This document shows positions 50,189 through 59,049 of a DNA stretch of 64,000 nucleotides, in pieces (the first letter of the stretch is position 1; every line of letters starts with the position of its first letter). Both the position numbers and the translations under genes were made by a program. The notes beneath the pieces were generated by a model. That model worked only from the letters and a program-made list of their open reading frames with translations, did no database searches and had not been told where the DNA came from. This DNA is from a virus. The stretch covers positions 64,001 to 128,000 of the IMG/VR virus record IMGVR_UViG_3300036770_008028; one strand, 5' to 3'.

Positions 50189-50217
50189 ATTGTACGATAT
50201 AACAATTTAGTGGTCAA
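50189..50217 (-). promoter_or_regulatory. Sigma70-type (early) promoter
   Basis: TTGACC-N17-TACAAT upstream of the AAA gene. Confidence 0.7.
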
Positions 50218-50254
50218 GTCTAGCGATATCGAGAGGTTAGTAGGTGCTTACCTA

Positions 50255-51481
50255 CTAGTAGCGTCCCTGTAGTTCCGGGATCAGTGCATCCAGGCTGGTG
50301 GACCGGATGGTATCATAACTACGTATTATGTCCTGCATCTGCGCCCATGCAGGATCAACAACTGCTTGCTGGCAGTGAGCCAGCATGGCTTGTACGCATT
50401 CCATAGATCGATGCCAATCTGATACACAGCGAAAGTTGCTTTGTCTGGACTGGACCAATTTCGCAGCCCTAGTCAACCTTTCGATAGACAACTGGATGAG
50501 ATCTGTGGGCAAATTGGCCACTGCCAGCGAACGGGGCCACATGATATATTCTAGGCTGTGGCGAAGTCCCCGTTCGCTGGCAAAATCGATCAGACGATCT
50601 ACAGCCAACACATTGAGTCCGTACAGCACTGTGTGCAGATCCATGTCGGGAAATCTAAGTTGACATGCGTCTACAAATTGCATTTTTTTTTGCCAATTGC
50701 TGGGATATCTCAGATATTCGTCCAGGGCACCGTGACCATCCACGCTGACAGTGATTGAGACCTTCTGGAACTGATCCAACAAGTCCATGAAAGACTCTTT
50801 GACATTCACACCATTGGTGGTAATTATCAGTCTTATATGTTGACTATGACCTTGATCCACACACCACCCTAGATAGTCATGCAATGGTCTACTGATGGTG
50901 GGCTCGCCGCCAGCCAAATTGATCCATTGCAGTTGTGGGGTGATCAGTTTTAGTCTATCGAGATCGTCTACAGTGAGCGAAAACACCTGATCTGTTCCAG
51001 CGGTCACAGCAAATCTTGATTTTTCGTGGATAGGCCAGCCAAGTCGATCGTAATCTTTTTTGATACTGCGGCTGTAATTGGGATTGCAAGTGATACAGCG
51101 CAATTGGCATAGATTGCCGCAACTGAGATTGAGTCCCTGGATCAGTGATCTGGACTCAATGTTATCGATCAAATGCTGCATATCAATATCATCGACCTCG
51201 TTCCGACCTAGATACCGAAGGTTGCGACGTTGGCGCATGCTGGTTTTTCCATCGGCTTCATTGCGCCAACACAGATCGCATTCGGGCACCGCATCGCCGT
51301 TGATAAATCTCCTACGGAGATCGACCATGTATCCGCCGTACCAGTGTTGATCAAGACCAACGGAACGGCTGTCGTTGTGCTGCACTAAACTTTGATTCTC
51401 TTTGCAACATAGACCATACTTGAATTCCGGATTGATCCATATTTCATACCATGGCACTGAGCAAATGCGCTTGGCAGTCAT
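50255..51481 (-). CDS. Radical SAM protein with N-terminal twitch domain
   Basis: CSVPW...LCC...CDLCW; CQLRCITC; AGGEP; EYLRYPSNW. Confidence 0.85.
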   Translation of the reverse strand: MTAKRICSVPWYEIWINPEFKYGLCCKENQSLVQHNDSRSVGLDQHWYGGYMVDLRRRFINGDAVPECDLCWRNEADGKTSMRQRRNLRYLGRNEVDDIDMQHLIDNIESRSLIQGLNLSCGNLCQLRCITCNPNYSRSIKKDYDRLGWPIHEKSRFAVTAGTDQVFSLTVDDLDRLKLITPQLQWINLAGGEPTISRPLHDYLGWCVDQGHSQHIRLIITTNGVNVKESFMDLLDQFQKVSITVSVDGHGALDEYLRYPSNWQKKMQFVDACQLRFPDMDLHTVLYGLNVLAVDRLIDFASERGLRHSLEYIMWPRSLAVANLPTDLIQLSIERLTRAAKLVQSRQSNFRCVSDWHRSMECVQAMLAHCQQAVVDPAWAQMQDIIRSYDTIRSTSLDALIPELQGRY

Positions 51482-52224
51482 TGATCAAACCATTGTTGTT
51501 TGACGCTGCAGTTCGTCATGTGCAACAGTTCTGCGTTCAGGCTGTGCCGATCGATCCGACCAACCAACACGTAACGAGTCCAACTGTCGGTATTGATCAC
51601 GCTGTGCAGCCAGGTCTGATTGTTCACCAAGTAGATGTACCCGCATCTGTGTTGCAGGTAACCCGCTGGCCAAAATTTCAGATTGGCTGCGCAAGGGTTC
51701 AACGGCATCCAGAAATATTCCATAGTGGTGGTTCCCTGGACTTTGGGATCTCGATGAGGTTGTATCCAACCTCCTGGTGCCAAGGCCTTGACATCTGCCC
51801 AGTGAAGGCGTATGCCTAATTCGCGCATGCGTTCGCGGATGTCTTGACACACTTCGGGATGCAACCGTGGACGGACAACTTCTGCTGGCATTTGTGTGCC
51901 GGAAATCTGAGCCGCCAGGGCAGGATAGTGGTCACGGAGAATAGCACATTGTTGCCAGCCTTTTTGGTGCTCGGTTGCGAACCATGAACGCCCTTGCGAC
52001 TGATTGTGTAATCTACGATTCTGTTGTTCTGCGATTTCGTCAAACAATACGTGGTGTTCTTGTTCCAGAATCTTAGCACTGTGGTGAGTATCGAATTTGA
52101 TGGGCAGTTCAACCCAGGGAATGTCAGTTCTATACCAAAAGGTTTCTGGATCCCACGACCACACTCCGGTAGGCCGGTAGCCGGGAAAATCTGCTGCATG
52201 GAAATCTGCGGTGTATTGATTCAT
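51478..52224 (-). CDS. Asp/Asn beta-hydroxylase-like 2OG-Fe(II) oxygenase
   Basis: LAPGGWIQPHRD...HSVIN...RYVL. Confidence 0.7.
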   Translation of the reverse strand: MNQYTADFHAADFPGYRPTGVWSWDPETFWYRTDIPWVELPIKFDTHHSAKILEQEHHVLFDEIAEQQNRRLHNQSQGRSWFATEHQKGWQQCAILRDHYPALAAQISGTQMPAEVVRPRLHPEVCQDIRERMRELGIRLHWADVKALAPGGWIQPHRDPKVQGTTTMEYFWMPLNPCAANLKFWPAGYLQHRCGYIYLVNNQTWLHSVINTDSWTRYVLVGRIDRHSLNAELLHMTNCSVKQQWFDQ

Positions 52225-52691
52225 GAGCGCTCGGCACACCATTGCCAGAATGGCGTGGTAAAGTCCATGCTCCAGATGCCATTCAACCTTAGTTGAGTGG
52301 CTCCGGCATATATGGGGTCGATATGGATACCGCGTGCGGACATGTCGTTGACCCAGGCCTCCGGCATGCTGTGGCGGAATGTGCCCGCGCCATACAAAAG
52401 ATGTTCCAGGCGTATACTGGCTATCTCGATGTCCATGATTTCAACATAATGATCTATAATATCGTCCTGGTCCAGCACTAGATCCTGATCTGTTTTGTCT
52501 CGCATGATCAATTGCAAACGATTGACAGATTGTAAATCAGCATCATAGGCTAGTATCTGGCATTCTTGACACTGCGAATACGGGCTGGCCCACAGCAGAC
52601 GCTGTGCTAACCGCTGACCATTGAGCCAAACTTCGACGGTTGGTCTGCGACGGCCATAATGGAACTGCAAGAAAAATTTGATTGTTGTCAT
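52221..52691 (-). CDS. Hypothetical protein, 156 aa (paralogue of 25120-25572)
   Basis: Shared K-x2-D...D-x-II-D-x2-VEI-x2-I-x-I and NG motifs. Confidence 0.6.
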   Translation of the reverse strand: MTTIKFFLQFHYGRRRPTVEVWLNGQRLAQRLLWASPYSQCQECQILAYDADLQSVNRLQLIMRDKTDQDLVLDQDDIIDHYVEIMDIEIASIRLEHLLYGAGTFRHSMPEAWVNDMSARGIHIDPIYAGATQLRLNGIWSMDFTTPFWQWCAERS

Positions 52692-52711
52692 CGATAATCA
52701 CTGTGTGGCAC

Positions 52712-53836
52712 TTACTTAGCGTGTGATAGATGTCTGAGATTTGATGCCAGAGGCCTCACAGGATACCAATCACTCAGTATGACTGGCAACCAATCACTAT
52801 CTCGCTGGTGTGGCACAGCAATTTTCGTAATCGTTTCTATGTCGCGCAATCCTTGTTGCCAGACTCCAAGTTCACTGCTGTTTTTATCATGGATGAGGTT
52901 TTTGGCTGACATACTTTCGGGACTGTTTGGATTTTGCGCGACTCGTGACTTAAGCCATCCCTGCCGCGCGCTGCTGTTGTCTACACAGGTTCGGCCCATG
53001 GCTCGGTTCCACACTTCATATTGCCAGTCCAGACATTGGTTACCTTGCACTTTGTGGAAATGATCAAACCCGTCAGGACCCATGACCATTATCATATTTT
53101 CAAAATGATCTATGGCCATGTGACACTGAGCCACGTGCAAATCGGTCAGATCATTGGTCATGTAGAAGAATTCGCAATCGGTATTCATGTACTGATACAT
53201 TCCGGCATCAACACCGAAATTGTACCATGTACCGTCGGCAAGCAGCACCCGAGGTTTGTCGTGAGCCCAGATATCAGCGCGTCGGCTGTGTTGGTCAATG
53301 ATCCGGGCAGTGCTAGATATATGATTTTGTAAAAAATATCTATGCATTTTTGGATACATAATGCTGCAGCCAGGACTGAAAATCCAATCTTCCCCTAGAT
53401 CACAGTATACCGAAGCAAAATGCCAGTGGTTGACAGGTACATGATTTACCACAAGTTTGGGCATGTGCTGTTGTTTTACCTGATGTGCGTAAGATACCGC
53501 ACTGTGGATTTCGGGATCATCAAACCACTGCCGATCATAGATCACCACCTCATCCAAGGCGATGCCATTGGCAACGAAGGCATCCAACACAGTGGTACTG
53601 TCCCATCCCCCGCTGAACCATAGAGTCAACCAATCATATCGGTCGCGCAGTTGCAGGCAACGCTGTCGAAGTAGGTCTTGCCATGTCGCAGACGGTCTTG
53701 CAAAATTGCACTGCCCAAATGTGGAGCGTAAAAAATTGAAACGTATACGAGATACATCTCCTTGTGCCTCTCGGAAAGCATCTATCTTGCTATGTGTACG
53801 ATAATTTCCCACCTCATAATAAAGTTCCTGTATCAT
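52712..53836 (-). CDS. N-type ATP pyrophosphatase (adenine nucleotide alpha hydrolase) superfamily protein
   Basis: PP-loop LWFSGGWDS. Confidence 0.65.
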   Translation of the reverse strand: MIQELYYEVGNYRTHSKIDAFREAQGDVSRIRFNFLRSTFGQCNFARPSATWQDLLRQRCLQLRDRYDWLTLWFSGGWDSTTVLDAFVANGIALDEVVIYDRQWFDDPEIHSAVSYAHQVKQQHMPKLVVNHVPVNHWHFASVYCDLGEDWIFSPGCSIMYPKMHRYFLQNHISSTARIIDQHSRRADIWAHDKPRVLLADGTWYNFGVDAGMYQYMNTDCEFFYMTNDLTDLHVAQCHMAIDHFENMIMVMGPDGFDHFHKVQGNQCLDWQYEVWNRAMGRTCVDNSSARQGWLKSRVAQNPNSPESMSAKNLIHDKNSSELGVWQQGLRDIETITKIAVPHQRDSDWLPVILSDWYPVRPLASNLRHLSHAK

Positions 53837-54582
53837 CTACGTGGTATCAATCTTGAAAATGACCATGACATGATGCCACCCAAAATCATGATCATGAGCA
53901 GGCACGCGTAGACCTCTAGGTGATCGAATCTTCCCTTGAAGTCATACATCAAGGTACCAATGCCAATGTGTCCACCCACTGTGCCAAACACTATTTCGAC
54001 CGCAAACAGGATGCGCCACAGGAACATGAAATAGGTTTTGCTCAATGACACCAATCCCGGCAGCATGCTGGGCACATAGACCTTGATCACTGCCTGCCAC
54101 GGCGTGAGTCTTAGGTCACGTATCTGTCGGCTCCATGTGTCGTGACTGATGGTCACTAAGCTGTACACACTAGGCAAAAAAACCCAAAGCACGCCCCATG
54201 TCATGAGGGTGAAAATCAGGCTCTGTGAAAATCCAAAGAAGATCAAAAAAACCGGTAACCAACTCATGGTCGGGGTGGGTCCCAGCATATCACAAAAATT
54301 TATGGTGAGCCGTCGGGCAAATTTGTTAGGGTATGTGGCCAGTACAATGACCAACATAAGAATCGACACCATGGCAAATGATACCACTGTCATCCAAACG
54401 CTGTTTGCCACTGCCTCTAGAAATTGCACCCTGCCCAGCATTTCAACCAGTTTTATCAGTACCAAATGTAGATGCGGCCACAGCAGCTGATTGTCTACCA
54501 CCCATGCTGTGGTCTGCCACAGCATGGCCAGCAGTAGCAGCATGGCCAGTCTAGTCTGAAAGGTATTGTTTGACATGGTCAT
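53833..54582 (-). CDS. ABC transporter permease, NitT/TauT/SsuC type
   Basis: About 6 hydrophobic segments; PTPTMSWLP...FG; VYVPSMLP; W..LFAVE...GIG. Confidence 0.8.
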   Translation of the reverse strand: MTMSNNTFQTRLAMLLLLAMLWQTTAWVVDNQLLWPHLHLVLIKLVEMLGRVQFLEAVANSVWMTVVSFAMVSILMLVIVLATYPNKFARRLTINFCDMLGPTPTMSWLPVFLIFFGFSQSLIFTLMTWGVLWVFLPSVYSLVTISHDTWSRQIRDLRLTPWQAVIKVYVPSMLPGLVSLSKTYFMFLWRILFAVEIVFGTVGGHIGIGTLMYDFKGRFDHLEVYACLLMIMILGGIMSWSFSRLIPRR

Positions 54583-55180
54583 AGGTGATTTGTTCCGGTC
54601 GGAGTTTGATCAATGAGTCTGGGGTCAGCATGCAGCAGTGATCCGACAGCAAAGCGGCCTCGTCGATGTTGTGTGTGATCCATAGCACTCCTAAATTTTG
54701 TTCCCTGACCAATCTACGGAAGTCATCTGCTATGGTCATCGCAGTGAAACTATCCAGATGATTCAACGGTTCATCGCACAGCAGCAGTTCTGCTCCACGA
54801 TATATAGATCTCAACAACACAAAGCGCTGCCGTTGACCACCGCTGATCTCGTCAGGTCTGCGATCGATCAGCGGTGTAAGTTTCCAGCGCTCCGCCACTG
54901 TGGTCCAGGCTTCATTGACCTTGGCCAGCAGGAAATTTTGTTTCACGGTCATCCAGGGAAACAGTTGATTGTCTCCCTGGTACACACTGTGCAAGATTGG
55001 CTTGCCTATGATTCGACCTTGGTGTGCAAGGTCACCTCTGATGGACTCCAACAAGGTAGTTTTGCCCACCCCACTGCGGCCCATCAGTACCAGAATTTCT
55101 CCTGGCCTGATTTCGAGGTCAACCTGCGGTAGGCAAGCCACACCCTGCCGCAAGGGTTGAAAACCTTCAAGACGTATCAC
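54551..55180 (-). CDS. ABC transporter ATP-binding subunit, NitT/TauT type
   Basis: GRSGVGKT, LFPWMTV, ISGGQRQR, LLLCDEP, ITH; GTGA overlap start. Confidence 0.9.
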   Translation of the reverse strand: MIRLEGFQPLRQGVACLPQVDLEIRPGEILVLMGRSGVGKTTLLESIRGDLAHQGRIIGKPILHSVYQGDNQLFPWMTVKQNFLLAKVNEAWTTVAERWKLTPLIDRRPDEISGGQRQRFVLLRSIYRGAELLLCDEPLNHLDSFTAMTIADDFRRLVREQNLGVLWITHNIDEAALLSDHCCMLTPDSLIKLRPEQITYDHVKQYLSD

Positions 55181-56136
55181 AGCAGATCTTCGCGCCAGAT
55201 GATGCTTTTTTGGTCCCAAGACTTCATGCTGCCTGCAGGTAGCATGCCCATTTCTTCAGTTAGATGCAACCAATCCATCACAGCAGGTGTGAATTTGGTA
55301 AAGGCAACTATGTTCATCTCTTTGTAGTAGCGCACGATGGTATCAGCGTCAAGGTCTTTGAGATCATGTCTTTCTACCATGGCTCGCGCCAGGACCGGCA
55401 TGTTAGTGTTGTACTCCTGCTGAGCCACCTTGATGGTATCCAGCAAGGCCAGTGCCAATTTGGGATTGTCTTTGGCCCATTGTGTGTTGATCACTGCAGA
55501 ATTAAGAAAGCCGGTTTGACCGGGATACAGCACTCGGTTACCCATTTCGCGCAATTTATTGCTGATTGGTGCTCCTTGGATAGCACAATCAATACCTTTC
55601 GTCCCACTGGCAAATGCCTGCAGTGTCTGTACTTGGCTGAGCAACACGATCTGGTCTTCCAGCGCCAAGGGGTCACCAAAATTATCGCGGGCCAGTTTCT
55701 GGATGATCAGATGACTGCCGCTCTGCTTGCCCGAAATGATGATGCTGCGTTTGTTGGCTTTGATGTCCTGGATATCTTTCACATAGGGCTTGCAGACCAA
55801 TGGGGCGTCTGAAGTATTGAACATGCTGATAAATTGCAGTTTTCCCGGAGACTCTTTGTGCAGTTTTACGATGGTGGGCAAACTGGCAATGTTGATGTGG
55901 CTCTTGCCAGTCATGAGATTGGTCAAGGCCTCCACTGAGCCTCTGGAATATTGGATTTCCAATTTTGCGTTGTTGATGCCGTGGCGCTTGGCCACTTCCG
56001 GAAAGTGTTTTTGCATGGACAGCACGATCATTTCCGGACTGGCCAATTTTACTGCGGTCAAAGTGAGCGTCTCGGCCCAGGCCACGGATGTGGTCAGTGC
56101 AGCGGCCATGACGGTCCCTAAAAAGATGCGTTTCAT
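55177..56136 (-). CDS. ABC transporter substrate-binding protein (NMT1/THI5/SsuA-like) with signal peptide
   Basis: MKRIFLGTVMAAALTTSVAWA signal peptide; WAKDNP motif; first gene of the ABC operon; SD GGAG. Confidence 0.7.
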   Translation of the reverse strand: MKRIFLGTVMAAALTTSVAWAETLTLTAVKLASPEMIVLSMQKHFPEVAKRHGINNAKLEIQYSRGSVEALTNLMTGKSHINIASLPTIVKLHKESPGKLQFISMFNTSDAPLVCKPYVKDIQDIKANKRSIIISGKQSGSHLIIQKLARDNFGDPLALEDQIVLLSQVQTLQAFASGTKGIDCAIQGAPISNKLREMGNRVLYPGQTGFLNSAVINTQWAKDNPKLALALLDTIKVAQQEYNTNMPVLARAMVERHDLKDLDADTIVRYYKEMNIVAFTKFTPAVMDWLHLTEEMGMLPAGSMKSWDQKSIIWREDLL

Positions 56137-56175
56137 CAAAAAATCTCCATAAAGATGTAAGTGAAATTGCTAGTA

Positions 56176-56243
56176 GAAGAACTCTACACACGGTAGGCGT
56201 TCTGTAGTAACACTACAGTAAAGACATTGATATGTCAAGCGTC
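56176..56243 (-). promoter_or_regulatory. Candidate structured cis-regulatory RNA, copy 2
   Basis: Lies in the leader between TAAATA (56289-56284) and the ABC operon; matches 18790-18837 with covariation. Confidence 0.55.
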
Positions 56244-56316
56244 TAAGAAAATCCGACGTCGAACCATTCGGCGCTGCTGAATTTATTTATTGCAGCAAAT
56301 CGTGTTAAATAAAAAA

Positions 56317-56880
56317 ATGAATGACTATTTTTTCCAACCAATAGATCTGCCACCGCTTCCGGAGCGCTTTGTCGAACAGGCTCTGACTGGAACTCGGACT
56401 GATCTCTTGGTGACCAGCGTTGACAGGCAGATACATGATCGAGGCAGTGTTTATCGTAATGCACAACTACAACGCTGGCGACTTAGCCAAGATCTGGTAG
56501 AGTGGCTGCACCAACAGGGCATCAAAGGATTCGACGACGTTTCGGTACAGACCATACAGCAAGGCGATACCTTGGGCCCGCACACTGACAGTTGGCAAAG
56601 CTGCAAACTGTTCTATCTTTTGGAACCGGGTGGTCCAAACGTGGAAACGATATGGTATCAGCAACCAGGACATGATTTGATCCGGGAAAAATTCCTTTTG
56701 ATTGAAGATACCAAGGACCTTGAAGTGGTTCATAGGATGGTTATTCCACCGCGGCAGTGGGGCTTCATCAATGTGCGAATTATACATGAAGTAAAAAACA
56801 TGACCAACCGCAGAGAAACTGTGGTTGCCAGTTTCACTGACTACATCGATTTCTCACCTTTGGTGGTGCAGAAAAAATAG
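56317..56880 (+). CDS. Putative 2OG-Fe(II) oxygenase-like protein
   Basis: PHTD...IHEVKN...R; TAAATA directly upstream. Confidence 0.55.
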   Translation: MNDYFFQPIDLPPLPERFVEQALTGTRTDLLVTSVDRQIHDRGSVYRNAQLQRWRLSQDLVEWLHQQGIKGFDDVSVQTIQQGDTLGPHTDSWQSCKLFYLLEPGGPNVETIWYQQPGHDLIREKFLLIEDTKDLEVVHRMVIPPRQWGFINVRIIHEVKNMTNRRETVVASFTDYIDFSPLVVQKK

Positions 56881-56899
56881 GCCCCATAACAGGGCCTAT
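56872..56899 (-). terminator. Terminator ending the tmRNA transcript
   Basis: Minus strand ATAGGCCC-TGTTATG-GGGCCTAT followed by a T run. Confidence 0.7.
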
Positions 56900-57205
56900 C
56901 CTGACATTTTTGATAACAAGGCATGTCTGCCCCGGAGATCATGCTGCTAAGGCAAAGATCTCGTCATTGGATGCGTTGGCATCTATTGGTTTTGCTTGAT
57001 TTAGGGTCATCGCCTACCCCGCTGTCCACTCGGCTACTCCTTGCCCTGTCGAAACCATGTTCAGGCCCATCATAAGCAGTCGCAATCGGTATAGGTTGAT
57101 CAAATCTATACCAATCCGTCCTAAGCGTAACAACTGCTTATGGTGGACCTGCCGGGATTCGAACCCGGGTCCAGAACACATTTTGCTCTGCTTCATACAG
57201 CGATA
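56875..57205 (-). ncRNA. ssrA: Circularly permuted (two-piece) tmRNA: acceptor piece about 57205-57141, intervening segment 57140-57069, coding piece 57068-about 56875; tag ANASNDEIFALAA* at 56980-56939
   Basis: T-arm CCGGG-TTCGAAT-CCCGG plus CAGGTCC-ACCA precedes GGGCCTGAACATGGTTTCGAC. Acceptor stem has G3.U70. CAGGGCA/TGTTCTG and ACAGCG/CGCTGT pair between the pieces. Resume context AATAGAT-GCC; tag ends ALAA. Confidence 0.92.
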
Positions 57206-57324
57206 ATGACGAAACTGCCAGGACATGTACGGGCTTCGCCTGCCCTAAGGCCTCACACCTTATCGATCTTGCCAGTGGATTGATCAAGCGCCACTGGGGA
57301 TATACTCCTGCACAGTAAGTCTAT

Positions 57325-58323
57325 TTATTTTACACTGATTGCAAGATTTTGCAACCAGTTTCCAAAATCTCCTGTCCAATCTTGTCGCCACTGGCGCAGG
57401 AGAGACTGGTTGTGCTCGGCCGCCTGCTGCAATCTCCCTGCATGACACCCGAGATCTTTTATGCTGGCCAGAGCCGACACAACGAATCGATCTGTCTTGG
57501 CCTGTGCTCGTGTCAGTGTGTCATATCCATGATCTACCAGATCATCCAAGACATCAAACCCAAGATAGCGCAAACGTTGCACAGCGAATCTGCCGGCAAA
57601 TACCACCCAGGGTCTGGGCAATTGCAGTGCTGTAAAGATCTTCTCGCTGAACGCCACAGAATCGTCGCTGCTGTAGGTCTCAACCACGATGTTTAATCGG
57701 GCAGATTGCAGGGCTTGATCATGATCAAAATCGTGATTGCGATAGGGCATCTTTGGCGCCAATCGCCCATAGGTTTTTTGATAGCGATTCTGTATCTCGG
57801 ATCCAAGATTGGTCCATTGGTGTCGTAAGTTGTCTTGGGCCTGTTGGTGATTGTGCTGGCGCCAATTTTCCGGAATCACACAGTTGAAATTAACAGTGCC
57901 TTGGTGTAGATGTATTTTTTCGCTGAGTGCCAGCATGAGTTCCAACCGCACAGCATCTATTCTGTTGATCAAGAAACTGTAGTCACGCTCAGCGGGTTGA
58001 TTGATCACAGGGCTGTAACCATAGATCCCATGCCAGGAATCTGGCAAACGGATCACGGTGGCGTTGCAGGGCCTGGATATCACGGTGTCAGTGATTACGA
58101 TGTCTCCCGCTGCAAAATCATTTATGTCGATCATGGCGGCAACATCGTCTACCAGGCATATGGCCGCTCTTTTTTGACCACGCCGCCAGACGTATGTGTG
58201 TTCTTGTTGGAATCCTGCGATTTCTACACAGGTCTTGACAAAGGCCAGAGAATTGGCTTCTGATTGGACATATCCACTGCGGGACATGATTTCATTTTGG
58301 AACACATCGTGTGCAGTGGTCAT
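57325..58323 (-). CDS. GT10-like 'TEK' family protein, paralogue 5
   Basis: IVVET...FSEKIFTA...PWVVFA...LGFDV...DHGYD. Confidence 0.5.
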   Translation of the reverse strand: MTTAHDVFQNEIMSRSGYVQSEANSLAFVKTCVEIAGFQQEHTYVWRRGQKRAAICLVDDVAAMIDINDFAAGDIVITDTVISRPCNATVIRLPDSWHGIYGYSPVINQPAERDYSFLINRIDAVRLELMLALSEKIHLHQGTVNFNCVIPENWRQHNHQQAQDNLRHQWTNLGSEIQNRYQKTYGRLAPKMPYRNHDFDHDQALQSARLNIVVETYSSDDSVAFSEKIFTALQLPRPWVVFAGRFAVQRLRYLGFDVLDDLVDHGYDTLTRAQAKTDRFVVSALASIKDLGCHAGRLQQAAEHNQSLLRQWRQDWTGDFGNWLQNLAISVK

Positions 58324-58338
58324 GATGCAAAGGTATAT

Positions 58339-58896
58339 ATGGACATGAGATATTTACTGTGCTGGCTGTCTGACACTGACATTAATCTGTTGCGTCCGGC
58401 CTTGGATGTGGATGGATTGTTAGATCTGGCCAATCAGGGCGATCCAGATGCCTTGGCCAATATGGTGCGATTGAATTGGATGGTATCGGATGTGCGCCAC
58501 ACAGGCATCATCAAACCTGTGTTCGTACGAGATCACACCATGGATGTGATAGTGGGAGACACACGCATCATGGCTGCTCGTTTGGCAGGACTACAGCGCG
58601 TACCGGTAATGGCTTATCTCAAACAGGCACAGGGCATGACATGTTCATCTATACATGATATCTTGACACTGACCGGGTTCGGCTCTGATGCATCAATACA
58701 CTGGACTCCTGCCGACATAGACATACTGTCAGAACCACCTGCCTGGATAGACATCGGCGATAGTCGCACACAGCATCACGGACACGATCAGCAACGGCGA
58801 CTAGAGGTCATGCAAGATTATGTCAAAAAAAATCCCCAACCCTTAAGCCGAGACTGGTTGCTCGAGCCCAGAGATTGGGGAGACATTTTTAACTAG
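58339..58896 (+). CDS. Hypothetical protein with possible ParB/Srx-like motif
   Basis: GIIKPVFV...IVGDTRIMAARLAG...VPV. Confidence 0.45.
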   Translation: MDMRYLLCWLSDTDINLLRPALDVDGLLDLANQGDPDALANMVRLNWMVSDVRHTGIIKPVFVRDHTMDVIVGDTRIMAARLAGLQRVPVMAYLKQAQGMTCSSIHDILTLTGFGSDASIHWTPADIDILSEPPAWIDIGDSRTQHHGHDQQRRLEVMQDYVKKNPQPLSRDWLLEPRDWGDIFN

Positions 58897-59047
58897 GCAC
58901 CTGTCTCGGAAGATAAGGCACCGATCGTGGCCCATGCAATTGTTGCAACAAGCGTCGCGCTTCTTCGGCAGTTTCGGCCCCGATCCTGACCTTTATTTCT
59001 TCGGTGCCCGGACCTGGCTGCCTCACAGTGGCTTCCCATAGTTTCAT
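58889..59047 (-). CDS. Hypothetical protein, 52 aa (MKLWEATVRQ...)
   Basis: ATG 2 nt after the upstream stop; fills the gap. Confidence 0.55.
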   Translation of the reverse strand: MKLWEATVRQPGPGTEEIKVRIGAETAEEARRLLQQLHGPRSVPYLPRQVPS

Positions 59048-59049
59048 AG

